From an uncultured Prevotella sp. (GTDB lineage Bacteria > Bacteroidota > Bacteroidia > Bacteroidales > Bacteroidaceae), in NCBI GenBank assembly GCA_900551055.1, contig URUK01000014.1, positions 710 to 64,709 of the forward strand: a DNA stretch of 64,000 nt, in the 5' to 3' direction. A model generated the notes under the pieces. That model worked only from the letters and a program-made list of their open reading frames with translations. It was not told the origin of the DNA and did no database searches. Positions 19,778 to 29,772 of the stretch are shown here, in pieces. Every line of letters starts with the position of its first letter. The first letter of the stretch is position 1. Both the position numbers and the translations under genes were made by a program.

Positions 19778-21691
19778 ATGAAAATAAGAAGGTATTATAT
19801 ATCAATTGCATTGATGGTCCTTGTTGTTCAGACTGGAATGGCCCAGGAACAGAAACGGGACACCCTTGATACAGGTAAGGTATATGAAATCGGAGAGGTG
19901 GTGGTTACCGGTACCCGTAATGAAACGGATGTCCGACATCTGTCCCAAACCGTATCGGTAGTGAACCGCAGCAAAATAAACCAGGCCTTGCAGCCATCGC
20001 TGCTTCCTGTGTTAACAGAACAGATTCCGGGCCTGTTTGTCACCTCACGCGGAGTCATGGGATACGGGGTGTCAGGTGGTGCGGCAGGAAGTATTTCACT
20101 CCGTGGATTGAGTGGCGGAACAGCCCGACTGATGGTAATGATTGACGGTCATCCCCAATATGCCGGCATTTTCGGTCATCCGATTGCTGATGCCTATCAG
20201 TCATTCCTTGCCGAACGGGTGGAAGTACTAAGAGGTCCAGCTTCAGTCCTTTATGGATCCAATGCAATGGGCGGTGTAGTCAACATTGTTACCCGCAAGA
20301 TGCAGGAAGATGGGGTGAAGACGAATCTTCGTGCCGGATACGGTTCTTACAATACACTCGAAACGGAGCTGACCAACCGCATCCGGAAAGGCCGTTTTTC
20401 CAGCATCGTTTCAGGTTCATATAACCGTACGGACGGGCACCGTGCAGACATGGGCTTCGAGCAGTACGGCGGCTATGCAAAACTGGGCTATGAAATGACG
20501 GACAACTGGAATTTGCGTGGCGATGTGAATGTGACCCATTTCAATGCCTCCTATCCTGGTCCGGTTGACGCGCCGCTGCTGGATGGTGACCAACGTATCA
20601 CACGAGGAATGACTTCATTTGCTGTTGAGAACCGTTATGAAAAGACTTCCGGTGCCGTCAGCTTTTTCTATAACTGGGGTAATCACTGGATTAATGACGG
20701 ATATACTCCTTCTGCCGGTGAGGGTCCGCAGGATGACCGCTTCAACTCGCGTGATAACATGATGGGGGTTTCACTTTATCAGAGTACTCAGTTTTTTAAG
20801 GGTAACCGTATCACATTAGGTTTCGATTGGTTCCGGTATGGAGGACATGCCTGGAGTGAATATGTGAGCGGAGAGAATATAGGAACAACTTCTGAACTGG
20901 TGGATAAACACGAGAACGAACTGGCCGGATATATTGATTTCCGCCAGGACATCGGTTCCTGGCTAACATTTAACGCAGGGCTTCGTGCAGATCATCATTC
21001 CCACGTCGGATTGGAGTGGGTACCGCAAGCCGGGCTGGCCTTCCATCTTCCACACGCCATCGAACTGAAAGCTTCCGCCTCGAAAGGATTCCGTTATCCG
21101 ATTTTGCGCGAGATGTACATGTTCCCGCCACAGAATCCTGATTTGCAGCCGGAGTCAATGTGGAACTACGAGCTGGCGTTCTCGCAGCGTCTGATGGAGG
21201 GGCGGCTGACCTATGGCGTGAACCTCTTCTACATTGACGGGAAGAATCTCATCCAGACCCTTCCGAATCCCAACGGCAGCGGTATGTTGAATCAGAACTC
21301 GGGAGAAATCGAAAATACCGGTGTGGAGATACAGGCGGCTTACCGCATCAACCGTCAATGGTCGGTGGACGGGAACTACAGCTTCCTGCACATGGAAAAT
21401 CCGGTCATTGCCGCTCCCGAGCATAAACTGTACGCCGGAGCCAATTTCTCACATAGACGATGGAATGTGTCCACCGGAATACAATATGTTGAAGGACTCT
21501 ATACTTCGGTTGGCGAGAATGAGAATAAAGAGAATTTCGTACTTTGGAATCTCCGTGCTTCTTTCCGCGCATGTAAATGGTTAGATATTTGGGCGCGTGG
21601 TGAGAACCTGCTGGCGCAGAAATATGAAATCAATGCCGGCTATCCCATGCCGGGAGCAACGGTTATGGCCGGATTTAATTTGAGCTTTTGA
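19778..21691 (+). CDS. TonB-dependent receptor
   Basis: EVVVTG TonB box, ERVEVLRGPASVLYGSNAMGGVVNI, terminal Phe. Confidence 0.93.
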   Translation: MKIRRYYISIALMVLVVQTGMAQEQKRDTLDTGKVYEIGEVVVTGTRNETDVRHLSQTVSVVNRSKINQALQPSLLPVLTEQIPGLFVTSRGVMGYGVSGGAAGSISLRGLSGGTARLMVMIDGHPQYAGIFGHPIADAYQSFLAERVEVLRGPASVLYGSNAMGGVVNIVTRKMQEDGVKTNLRAGYGSYNTLETELTNRIRKGRFSSIVSGSYNRTDGHRADMGFEQYGGYAKLGYEMTDNWNLRGDVNVTHFNASYPGPVDAPLLDGDQRITRGMTSFAVENRYEKTSGAVSFFYNWGNHWINDGYTPSAGEGPQDDRFNSRDNMMGVSLYQSTQFFKGNRITLGFDWFRYGGHAWSEYVSGENIGTTSELVDKHENELAGYIDFRQDIGSWLTFNAGLRADHHSHVGLEWVPQAGLAFHLPHAIELKASASKGFRYPILREMYMFPPQNPDLQPESMWNYELAFSQRLMEGRLTYGVNLFYIDGKNLIQTLPNPNGSGMLNQNSGEIENTGVEIQAAYRINRQWSVDGNYSFLHMENPVIAAPEHKLYAGANFSHRRWNVSTGIQYVEGLYTSVGENENKENFVLWNLRASFRACKWLDIWARGENLLAQKYEINAGYPMPGATVMAGFNLSF

Positions 21692-21712
21692 AACATTTAA
21701 TACGTTACAAAT

Positions 21713-22693
21713 ATGAAAAGTAGTTTTTTAACCATGATGTTTGCAATCTTGTTTGCCACATCAGGTTGTGCCCAGGCACAAAACGAGCAGGAGCCATCCC
21801 GGCCGGAAACACCTACGACAGAGGAGAACCTTCCGAAGGTATATTTCTACAAAGAGATTTCCTCGGAGAATCTGGTGAAAATCTATGAAGCTCTCGGACG
21901 AGAAGTCAAAGGCCGGGTAGCCGTAAAACTCTCGACGGGTGAACCGGGAGGCCACAACTTCCTGCAACCGGCTTTGATCAAAGATCTGGTGCAAAAAGTA
22001 AACGGTACCATCGTAGAGTGTAATACCGCTTACGGCGGAGGTCGTGCCAATACGGAAAGCCATCTCAAGGCAGCTGCCGACCATGGGTTTACGGCCATCG
22101 CTACGGTTGACATCATGGATGCGGAAGGCGAAACGGAGCTTCCGGTAACCGGGGGCAAACACCTTACCCGCGATATTGTGGGCAAGAATTATCTCAACTA
22201 TGACTTCACGATTATCCTATCCCACTTCAAGGGCCATGCGATGGGTGGATTCGGTGGAGCTATAAAGAACATGTCCATCGGCATTGCTTCGTCCAATGGC
22301 AAACGTCTGATCCACTCCGCAGGAACCAGTACAACGAGTTGGGGTAATCCTGCGCAAGACGATTTTCTGGAGTCCATGGCAGAAGCCGCCAAAGCAGTTG
22401 CAGACCATTGTGGAGAGAACATTTTGTATATCAGCGTAGCTAACAACCTCTCGGTAGATTGTGATTGTGACTCTTCACCGGCAGATCCCGAGATGGGCGA
22501 TATCGGAATTCTTGCTTCTCTTGACCCGGTTGCTCTTGACAGAGCCTGTACCGATTTGGTACGTTCATCAGAGGATCACGGGAAAATCCATCTGATTGAG
22601 CGTATTGATTCACGCCACGGGATGCATACGCTGGATCATGCCGAATCACTCGGGATGGGAAGTCAGAAATATGAATTGGTTGAACTTGATTAA
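21713..22693 (+). CDS. DUF362-family Fe-S protein, exported
   Basis: VAVKLSTGE, ECNTAY.G.R, SHFKGH.MGGFGGA.KN, DCDC, ASLDPVALD. Confidence 0.82.
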   Translation: MKSSFLTMMFAILFATSGCAQAQNEQEPSRPETPTTEENLPKVYFYKEISSENLVKIYEALGREVKGRVAVKLSTGEPGGHNFLQPALIKDLVQKVNGTIVECNTAYGGGRANTESHLKAAADHGFTAIATVDIMDAEGETELPVTGGKHLTRDIVGKNYLNYDFTIILSHFKGHAMGGFGGAIKNMSIGIASSNGKRLIHSAGTSTTSWGNPAQDDFLESMAEAAKAVADHCGENILYISVANNLSVDCDCDSSPADPEMGDIGILASLDPVALDRACTDLVRSSEDHGKIHLIERIDSRHGMHTLDHAESLGMGSQKYELVELD

Positions 22694-22704
22694 ATTATTA
22701 TTTT

Positions 22705-23214
22705 ATGGAAGCAGTAATTAAACTCTATTCATTAGGGTATAAACAAGCGAAAACGTATTTGGCAGCTGCGCTTTTCACCTTGGGGAATATGATTGTCCCC
22801 CAGCTTTGCCATACGGTTCATATGGGAGGTCCGACCTGGCTGCCTATCTATCTTTTCACATTAATAGGCGCTTATAAATATGGCTGGCGCGTCGGCCTGT
22901 TGACTGCGATAGCCTCACCATTGCTCAATTCCGCACTTTTCGGAATGCCTGCACTGTCTTCATTACCGGCTATTCTGCTTAAATCTGTCTTGCTTGCAGG
23001 AATAGCAGGATATACGGCACATAGATTTCAAAAGGTATCTGTCTTTCTGATGCTCGTGGTGGTATTGGGTTATCAGCTATTAGGAACATTGGGAGAATGG
23101 CTGTTGAAGGGAGATTTTTATATGGCATCACAAGATTTCCGTATCGGCATTCCGGGGATGCTCATACAGATCTTTGGTGGATGGTTTGTTATTAATTATT
23201 TAATTCGTAAATAG
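22705..23214 (+). CDS. ECF transporter S-component-like membrane protein
   Basis: About 5-6 hydrophobic segments; PQLCH, LPIY.FTL..AYKYGW. Confidence 0.6.
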   Translation: MEAVIKLYSLGYKQAKTYLAAALFTLGNMIVPQLCHTVHMGGPTWLPIYLFTLIGAYKYGWRVGLLTAIASPLLNSALFGMPALSSLPAILLKSVLLAGIAGYTAHRFQKVSVFLMLVVVLGYQLLGTLGEWLLKGDFYMASQDFRIGIPGMLIQIFGGWFVINYLIRK

Positions 23215-23216
23215 TT

Positions 23217-23417
23217 ATGATTACCCCATTGTTTATTGGCGGTATTGGTATGCAAGAGGTGCTGCTAATCGCCTTAGTTGTATTACTATTCTTTGGAGGG
23301 AAGAAGATTCCTGAACTAATGAAGGGGATTGGAAAAGGAGTTCGCTCATTCAAAGAGGGCATGAACAATATGGAAAAGGATATTGAAGAAATAAATCAAA
23401 CAGAACAAAAAAAATAA
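23217..23417 (+). CDS. tatA: Twin-arginine translocase TatA
   Basis: [24 protein letters not shown]. Confidence 0.95.
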   Translation: MITPLFIGGIGMQEVLLIALVVLLFFGGKKIPELMKGIGKGVRSFKEGMNNMEKDIEEINQTEQKK

Positions 23418-23421
23418 TCTT

Positions 23422-24228
23422 ATGGCTACAAGTTCGGCTACACAGTCATTTTGGGATCATCTTGATGTATTGAGAGTTGCTATTATGAAGATAATCGCAG
23501 TCTCTGTAGTATTCGGAGTTGTAGCATTTTTTTTCAAGGAACAACTGTTCGATGTAATCCTTGCTCCCAAGCAGTCGGATTTTATTACTTACCGTGTGTT
23601 CAACAAGATTTCATTCTGGGTTGGCGGAGAGTCAGAAGCCTTTATGGTCCGGTTGATAAACACCGGTTTGGCACAGCAGTTCATCATTCATATGAAAACG
23701 GCCCTTTGTGCAGGGATTCTGTGTACGTCTCCGTATATACTGTATCAACTGTTTCGATTTGTTTCTCCTGCCTTATATGAAAATGAACGCAGATACGTCA
23801 TGCGGGTAGTCGGAGGTGGCTATGCGATGTTTGGTATTGGAGTGCTTGTTAGTTACTTTCTGATTTTCCCGCTGACGTTTCGTTTCTTGGGAACCTACCA
23901 AGTAAGTAGAGATGTGGACAATCTCATTACGCTGGATTCTTATATCTCCACCCTTATGTTGATGTCACTAACCATGGGGCTTGTTTTTGAAATACCGATT
24001 CTTTCGTGGTTGTTTGCAAAACTCGGTTTCCTTACGGACCGTTTTATGCGTCGTTACAGGAAACACTCACTCATCATCATCCTTGTTGTTGCAGCCATTA
24101 TAACACCTACGTCAGATGTCTTTACACTATTATTGGTCGCATGCCCGATGTGGCTCTTATATGAGATGAGTATTTTAATTGTAAAGAATACTTTAATTCA
24201 GAAAAATGAAATTACTGCTAAAACATAA
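23422..24228 (+). CDS. tatC: Twin-arginine translocase TatC
   Basis: FWDHLD.LR, F.SPALY.NE, FEIP, AAIITPTSD, LYE.SI. Confidence 0.95.
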   Translation: MATSSATQSFWDHLDVLRVAIMKIIAVSVVFGVVAFFFKEQLFDVILAPKQSDFITYRVFNKISFWVGGESEAFMVRLINTGLAQQFIIHMKTALCAGILCTSPYILYQLFRFVSPALYENERRYVMRVVGGGYAMFGIGVLVSYFLIFPLTFRFLGTYQVSRDVDNLITLDSYISTLMLMSLTMGLVFEIPILSWLFAKLGFLTDRFMRRYRKHSLIIILVVAAIITPTSDVFTLLLVACPMWLLYEMSILIVKNTLIQKNEITAKT

Positions 24229-26530
24229 GGTTCTATTTGGCTATGTCATTCTTTTGGCGGTCATTGGTAGCATGGCCGCCATTTTGATATATGAACGGCG
24301 GCAGATGCGCGAAATTGAGGCTGAAACAGCAAACATAAACCTTGTACGTCGTGGTATCAACACGGCTCATCGCCGTATTACGGGGCTCGCCACATTGGGT
24401 GAGGGTGTGGTAAATTGGGACAAAGCGGACTATCTGTACTATCGTAACCGCCGACTTCAAGCCGACAGTTTATTGAACTCGCTTAAACGACACTGCCATG
24501 AATATGTACGCCCGGAACAGATAGACACTCTTCGTGCTCTGCTTGCTGAAAAGGAGACACACCTGTTACACATAATGGAAATGTTTGAACGGCGAACTGA
24601 AGCGGACAGCGTGCTGGTAAACCAGTTGCCGGAAGTGGCGAGGCGTGCAACACATATCCGTACCATAGAACAAAAGAAAAAAGGGATTGCAGGATTCTTC
24701 GGAAAAAAAGAAGAAATACAAGTAATGCCATCCCAAAAAGAACTTCATGATTTCAGTGACAGCCTGATAGCAATACATCAAAGGCAGGCAAACGAAATGG
24801 ACATTTATGCCGACAGCCTGCGTATGCGCAACAGGGAATTGAACAGGACATTGAACAAGCTGATAAACGACCTTGACGAACAGGCACAGACTGCCTTCTC
24901 ACAAAGAGAGTTAAAAATGGCAGAAGCAGAGAAAATGTCGTTCCTTTTAATGGCAGGAGTAATCGGCATGGCCATCATCCTGCTCATCATTTCGCACCTT
25001 ATCATCATACGTGACCTCAACCGCAGGGAAAGGGACAAGGCTGAACTGGAAGATACGGCAACACAAAACCGTACACTCTCCGACATGCGCAAGAAAATAA
25101 TCATCACACTTTCCCATGACATACGAGGACCTCTCAATGCCATCAGTGGCAGTGCTGAACTGGCCATGGATACTCGTGACCGGAAACGCCGCAATGCTTA
25201 TCTTGGAAACATCCTTGAATCATCCCGTCATATCACCCGGCTTGCTAACAGCCTGCTCGACCTCTCCCGTCTGGACGATGCAAAGGAGACCCTGAATGAA
25301 ATACCTTTCCATCTTGAATCCTTTCTGGAAAGTATCGCTGAAGAATACACACGTAAGGCAAACGACAGAGGACTGATGTTTGACAAGACTTTTATTGATT
25401 GCGTTATCACCACCCTTGGCGATGCAGACCGTATAAGGCAAATAGTGGTAAACATTCTGGAGAATGCCTTAAAATTCACTCGTATGGGGCATATCAAACT
25501 TCATGCAAATTATAAAGATAGTACTCTTTATGTACAAGTCAGAGATACTGGGATAGGTATGGACGAGAACACCATACAACGTATTTTTCAGCCTTTTGAA
25601 CGGGCAGCCCCCAGTTTAGATCCAGACGGCTTCGGATTGGGACTTTCTATTACAAAGGGATTGGTGAACCTATTCGGAGGAAGTATATCGGTTTCGAGCC
25701 AGGTCGGTAAAGGTAGCGAGTTCAAGGTGGAAATTCCACTTAAGCATACTGATGAACCAGCAAAAGACGAATCCAAATCAGATGTAGGAATTCTCAGACT
25801 TCCACGACGAGTTATTGTAGTTGATGACGACCCCATACAGTTACGTAACACTGTTGAAATGATGGAACGGAATGGTATTTCATGCCGAGCTTGCACCAAT
25901 GCCCAAGAAGTAGTCAGGGCATTGAGAACCGGAGAATACGATTTACTATTGACCGATATACAGATGCGTGGTACGGGAGGTTTCGACTTGTTACATCTGC
26001 TACGCCTCTCCAATATAGGAAACTCACAGACAATCCCTGTAGCAGCAATGACTGCCCGTAATGACGGTGACGCAGAGCTCTATATTGAAGCAGGATTTGC
26101 CGGTTGTATCCACAAGCCGTTCTATACAAGAGACCTGCTTGGATTTCTCTCGTCACTTATTGGACACGACAGAACTATGGATGATAATCATTCTCCAGAT
26201 TTCGAGGCACTGTATGTCACTACGGGAGACGAACGCTGGACCTTGGAGACTCTTATAGAGGAATCCTGCAGGAACAGTGCGGACTTGCAGGATGCTTTGA
26301 GTCAAGAGAAGCCCGATCAGAAGTGGATATGGGAAACTCTGCACAGGATGTACCCGATGTGGGAGCAGTTGGGAATAGCCCATGAACTGGAACCGTATAG
26401 CGATAGACAGTATGCGGAAAATACGAACGAGTCAACATTCCGCAATGATGTGGAAAGAATTATCAGAAGAATAGACAGACTGATATCTGAGACAAAAAGC
26501 CGATTATCAGAAATGGACGGATATAATTAA
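24206..26530 (+). CDS. rteA: Hybrid sensor histidine kinase/receiver, RteA-like
   Basis: Two TM segments, SHDIRGPL, NALKFT, DTGIG, GFGLGL, receiver VVDDD...LTDIQM; lies next to an rteB-like gene and integrases. Confidence 0.8.
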   Translation: MKLLLKHKVLFGYVILLAVIGSMAAILIYERRQMREIEAETANINLVRRGINTAHRRITGLATLGEGVVNWDKADYLYYRNRRLQADSLLNSLKRHCHEYVRPEQIDTLRALLAEKETHLLHIMEMFERRTEADSVLVNQLPEVARRATHIRTIEQKKKGIAGFFGKKEEIQVMPSQKELHDFSDSLIAIHQRQANEMDIYADSLRMRNRELNRTLNKLINDLDEQAQTAFSQRELKMAEAEKMSFLLMAGVIGMAIILLIISHLIIIRDLNRRERDKAELEDTATQNRTLSDMRKKIIITLSHDIRGPLNAISGSAELAMDTRDRKRRNAYLGNILESSRHITRLANSLLDLSRLDDAKETLNEIPFHLESFLESIAEEYTRKANDRGLMFDKTFIDCVITTLGDADRIRQIVVNILENALKFTRMGHIKLHANYKDSTLYVQVRDTGIGMDENTIQRIFQPFERAAPSLDPDGFGLGLSITKGLVNLFGGSISVSSQVGKGSEFKVEIPLKHTDEPAKDESKSDVGILRLPRRVIVVDDDPIQLRNTVEMMERNGISCRACTNAQEVVRALRTGEYDLLLTDIQMRGTGGFDLLHLLRLSNIGNSQTIPVAAMTARNDGDAELYIEAGFAGCIHKPFYTRDLLGFLSSLIGHDRTMDDNHSPDFEALYVTTGDERWTLETLIEESCRNSADLQDALSQEKPDQKWIWETLHRMYPMWEQLGIAHELEPYSDRQYAENTNESTFRNDVERIIRRIDRLISETKSRLSEMDGYN

Positions 26531-26542
26531 ATGAAAACATGA

Positions 26543-27850
26543 ATGAAATACAGAATACTAATAGTTGAAGATAACATCATGCTTGCCGGGCAACAGAAAA
26601 AATGGCTGGAAAAATCCGGTTATGAAGCAGAGATAACAATAGATGAACCAAGAGCACGAAAACTGCTCAAGAAAGAAAGTTTCGACCTTGTGCTGTCAGA
26701 CGTACGCCTACCAGAAGGAAACGGTATATCTTTGCTCGAATGGATGCGGAAGGAACGGATGGATATTCCTTTCATTATCATGACCGGATATGCTTCAGTA
26801 CCGGGTGCTGTGCAAGCCATAAAACTGGGAGCCAAAGACTATCTGGCCAAACCGGTACAGATGGATGAATTGCAGAGACAACTAAAAGATATTTTCCGTC
26901 CCAAATCCGTGATATGCGACCAAAATAAGGATTTGCTCCCCAGAAACAGCCTTAAGATGCAGGAGGTCGAACATCTGGTCAGTACAGTCGCTCCATTTGA
27001 CATTTCTGTGCTCATACTTGGGCCTAACGGTGCCGGGAAAGAATCGGTGGCACAGCGTATTCATTATATAGGAGAGCGGAAAGATATGCCGTTTGTCGCC
27101 GTGAATTGTGGGGTCATACCCAAAGAGCTTGCACCCTCCCTCTTTTTCGGGCACATAAAGGGAACATTTACCGGTGCCGACACCAATAAGGACGGATATT
27201 TTGAAATGGCAAAAGGCGGGACACTCTTTCTAGATGAAATAGGAACCCTGTCTCTGGACGTCCAAGCCATGCTACTGCGTGTTTTGCAAGAAGGCACATA
27301 CATCCCCATAGGTGGTAACAGAGAAAAGCGGGCTGATGTAAGGATTGTAGCCGCCACCAATGAAGATCTCCAACTTGCAATACAAGAAAAACGATTCAGA
27401 GAAGACCTATACCACCGGCTATGCGAGTTCGAGATAGTCCTGCCTTCCTTACATGAATGTCCCGAGGACATTCTGCCATTGGCAAACCATTTTAGGAAGA
27501 AGTTTTCTGGAGAACTGAAAAGACCAACCGAGGGTTTCAGCCCAGAAGCAGAACAACTGCTTCTCACTTACCGTTGGCCGGGAAACGTACGGGAGCTACA
27601 TAACAGAATAAGAAGGGCGGTACTCATGACCAAACAGCCAGTCATTGGGATAACCGACATAAACATTAAACCAGAAGCAACAACTGAAGAGATCAATCTT
27701 TTCCCTGAGAATGATGCGGAAGAGAAACACTCGATAGTACAGGCTTTAAAAATCACACGTGGAAATCGCAAACATGCCGCAGCAATGCTACACATCGATC
27801 CCTCCACACTATACCGTAAAATGAAAAAATATGGATTAAATAGTAAATAA
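26543..27850 (+). CDS. rteB: Sigma-54-interacting NtrC-family response regulator, RteB-like
   Basis: Receiver domain, GPNGAGKE, GTFTGA (GAFTGA variant), GGTLFLDEI, WPGNVREL, Fis-type HTH. Confidence 0.85.
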   Translation: MKYRILIVEDNIMLAGQQKKWLEKSGYEAEITIDEPRARKLLKKESFDLVLSDVRLPEGNGISLLEWMRKERMDIPFIIMTGYASVPGAVQAIKLGAKDYLAKPVQMDELQRQLKDIFRPKSVICDQNKDLLPRNSLKMQEVEHLVSTVAPFDISVLILGPNGAGKESVAQRIHYIGERKDMPFVAVNCGVIPKELAPSLFFGHIKGTFTGADTNKDGYFEMAKGGTLFLDEIGTLSLDVQAMLLRVLQEGTYIPIGGNREKRADVRIVAATNEDLQLAIQEKRFREDLYHRLCEFEIVLPSLHECPEDILPLANHFRKKFSGELKRPTEGFSPEAEQLLLTYRWPGNVRELHNRIRRAVLMTKQPVIGITDINIKPEATTEEINLFPENDAEEKHSIVQALKITRGNRKHAAAMLHIDPSTLYRKMKKYGLNSK

Positions 27851-27899
27851 CAGACATTTTACATCCCTATAAGGAATAAAATGCTTATATTTGCAGATA

Positions 27900-28140
27900 A
27901 TCGGAAACCTTACGGTTGGATTTCCGATTAAAAACATAAGAAAAGTAAATCGGCGGTGCTTGAAGCTTTGCCGAATGTTACAACATAAGTCGCAAGACGT
28001 CTCAGGTAGAAATCTGGTAAATTTCAAATTGTAGAGACAATTGCGTGTAGCTTATGCTATATCCTATAGCGTGAGCTCATGCATGATTCTACAATGGGCT
28101 TACCAGAGCCTCTACCTGATAGTGCGTGAGTTTCACGCTT
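27900..28140 (+). ncRNA. Candidate structured leader RNA
   Basis: Follows TATATTTG (27886-27893). A ~120-nt nested hairpin spans 28002-28119, with flanking small hairpins. Confidence 0.5.
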
Positions 28141-28161
28141 TTCATTTAGAGGAAAAAAGGT

Positions 28162-28578
28162 ATGGCCAAGTTACAGGTTTTAATAGCAATGACATTAGAT
28201 GGTTCCATTCCGGCAGAGGACGACCCATTATTGCAATGGATGAGAGACAACAAGGACGGATTTTCATACGGGCGCGACAAATGTACTCGCCGACTCTATC
28301 CGGGTTATCCACTTGTGGATCTCATGTGCGAGAAAGACATGTCAGACCCATCCATCCTTTATCAAGCCGAGATACATGACGAAGAAAGCATAGAATTTTT
28401 GCGTGGTCTCTCTGTTTATCATCTCATAGATGAAATGATTATTTTCCTATTTCCTTCCACTCGTCCGAACCACAAATCCGTCTCAAAATATTTACCACGT
28501 GGAGAGTGGAAAACCGTAAAATCCAAAACATTCAAAAACGGGATTTGTCGTCTGGTTTATTGCAAGGCATTGCAATAA
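28162..28578 (+). CDS. Short DHFR/RibD-fold protein
   Basis: IAMTLDG N-terminus, LIDEMII...P. Confidence 0.7.
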   Translation: MAKLQVLIAMTLDGSIPAEDDPLLQWMRDNKDGFSYGRDKCTRRLYPGYPLVDLMCEKDMSDPSILYQAEIHDEESIEFLRGLSVYHLIDEMIIFLFPSTRPNHKSVSKYLPRGEWKTVKSKTFKNGICRLVYCKALQ

Positions 28579-28711
28579 GGCATTGCAACATATTGCATTT
28601 GCAATACTTCCATCAGTCTCATTTTTATGGGGCTGATTTTTTATTTTCCTATTACTCAATGACTTGTCATGCTTTTATGTGGTGATATGTTCCGTTGGTC
28701 TATGTTTTGGC
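28560..28711 (+). promoter_or_regulatory. Putative enhancer (TTGCAA-N4-TTGCAW x2) plus degenerate sigma-54 promoter
   Basis: Palindromes at 28560-28575 and 28583-28598; TGGTCTATGTTTTGG at 28696-28710 versus consensus TGGCAC-N5-TTGC. Confidence 0.45.
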
Positions 28712-28784
28712 CTATATCATAATGAAACCTGTTGCGCAACACGGTGTAAAAAATGGAATTATTACACTAAAAACAGAATTCATT

Positions 28785-29108
28785 ATGATACAGATAGACC
28801 GGGAGACATTCCAGATGATGCTCCATCAGATAATGGAACGGTTTGACAGGATAGATGACAGACTGAACCGCATGAACAGGCAGACGGCCGCCCTTGAGGG
28901 CGACAAGCTGCTTGACAACCAGGATATGTGCGAACTCCTTGGTGTTACCAAGCGTACACTTGCACGCTACCGCCAGAAGAAGCTCGTCACATACTACATG
29001 ATTGACGGACGTACCTATTACAAAGCTTCGGAAGTCCAAGACTTCCTGAACAAAAAGGGAAAGGTGCTGCCGGCGAGAATAAAAAAGGAACTCGGTATTC
29101 AATCCTAA
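28785..29108 (+). CDS. HTH_17 excisionase-like DNA-binding protein
   Basis: LDNQDMCELLGVTKRTLARYR...TYYKASEV. Confidence 0.87.
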   Translation: MIQIDRETFQMMLHQIMERFDRIDDRLNRMNRQTAALEGDKLLDNQDMCELLGVTKRTLARYRQKKLVTYYMIDGRTYYKASEVQDFLNKKGKVLPARIKKELGIQS

Positions 29109-29120
29109 CAAAACGGCAGT

Positions 29121-29414
29121 ATGGAAATTATATGTATAGACAAACGGACATTTGACGAACTGGTTGTCCGATTCAGCATGATAGAGAAAAAAGTCACCGG
29201 TATATGCAATCCGGCTAAAGACGCGGGACTGAAAAAATGGATGGACAATCAGGAGGTATGCGGGGTTCTCCGCATATCCAAGAGAACGCTTCAAGTATAT
29301 CGAGAGAAAGGGCTGTTGCCTTTTACCCGGATCAAGAACAAGTTCTTCTACAAGCCGGAAGATGTGCAAAGCCTGTTGGAATCAAGTTATCACCCACAAA
29401 AAAGAAAACCATGA
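29121..29414 (+). CDS. HTH_17 excisionase-like protein (Xis2c-like)
   Basis: WMDNQEVC..LRISKRTLQ.YR..GLLPF...K..YKPEDV. Confidence 0.88.
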   Translation: MEIICIDKRTFDELVVRFSMIEKKVTGICNPAKDAGLKKWMDNQEVCGVLRISKRTLQVYREKGLLPFTRIKNKFFYKPEDVQSLLESSYHPQKRKP

Positions 29415-29722
29415 GTTACGATCTTATAGACAGAAAGGACCAGCGGATTGATACTATTTTCAAAGGGCTGGAAAACATGGAGCGCATGATAGACGCAATA
29501 CGGACGGCTCCAAGGCCCGCATTCCACGGTAATTATTTCCTCACGGACGAGGAACTTTCAAAGCTGTTGAAAGTAAGCCGACGTACCTTGCAGGAATACC
29601 GGACCCTCGGTGTGATACCTTACTATCTTGTGCAGGGAAAAGCCCTTTACAAAGAGTCAGACATACAAAAAGTTCTTGACGACGCATATAAAAGATGCAG
29701 GGAAGAACAGCGATGGGTATGA
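29411..29722 (+). CDS. HTH_17 excisionase-like protein (Xis2d-like)
   Basis: FLTDEELS.LLKVSRRTLQEYR..G.IPY....GK.LYKESDI. Confidence 0.88.
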   Translation: MSYDLIDRKDQRIDTIFKGLENMERMIDAIRTAPRPAFHGNYFLTDEELSKLLKVSRRTLQEYRTLGVIPYYLVQGKALYKESDIQKVLDDAYKRCREEQRWV

Positions 29723-29731
29723 AACAATACA

Positions 29732-29764
29732 AAAGAAACGGCCTCGTTACAAGGTCGTTTCTTT
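29732..29764. terminator. Bidirectional intrinsic terminator between convergent xis and int genes
   Basis: AAAGAAACGGCCT...AGGTCGTTTCTTT. Confidence 0.7.
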
Positions 29765-29772
29765 GTTATAAG

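Noticed and set aside
23422..24300. tetQ or another resistance gene upstream of rteA
   Set aside because: No GTPase/ribosomal-protection ORF; tatC directly overlaps rteA.
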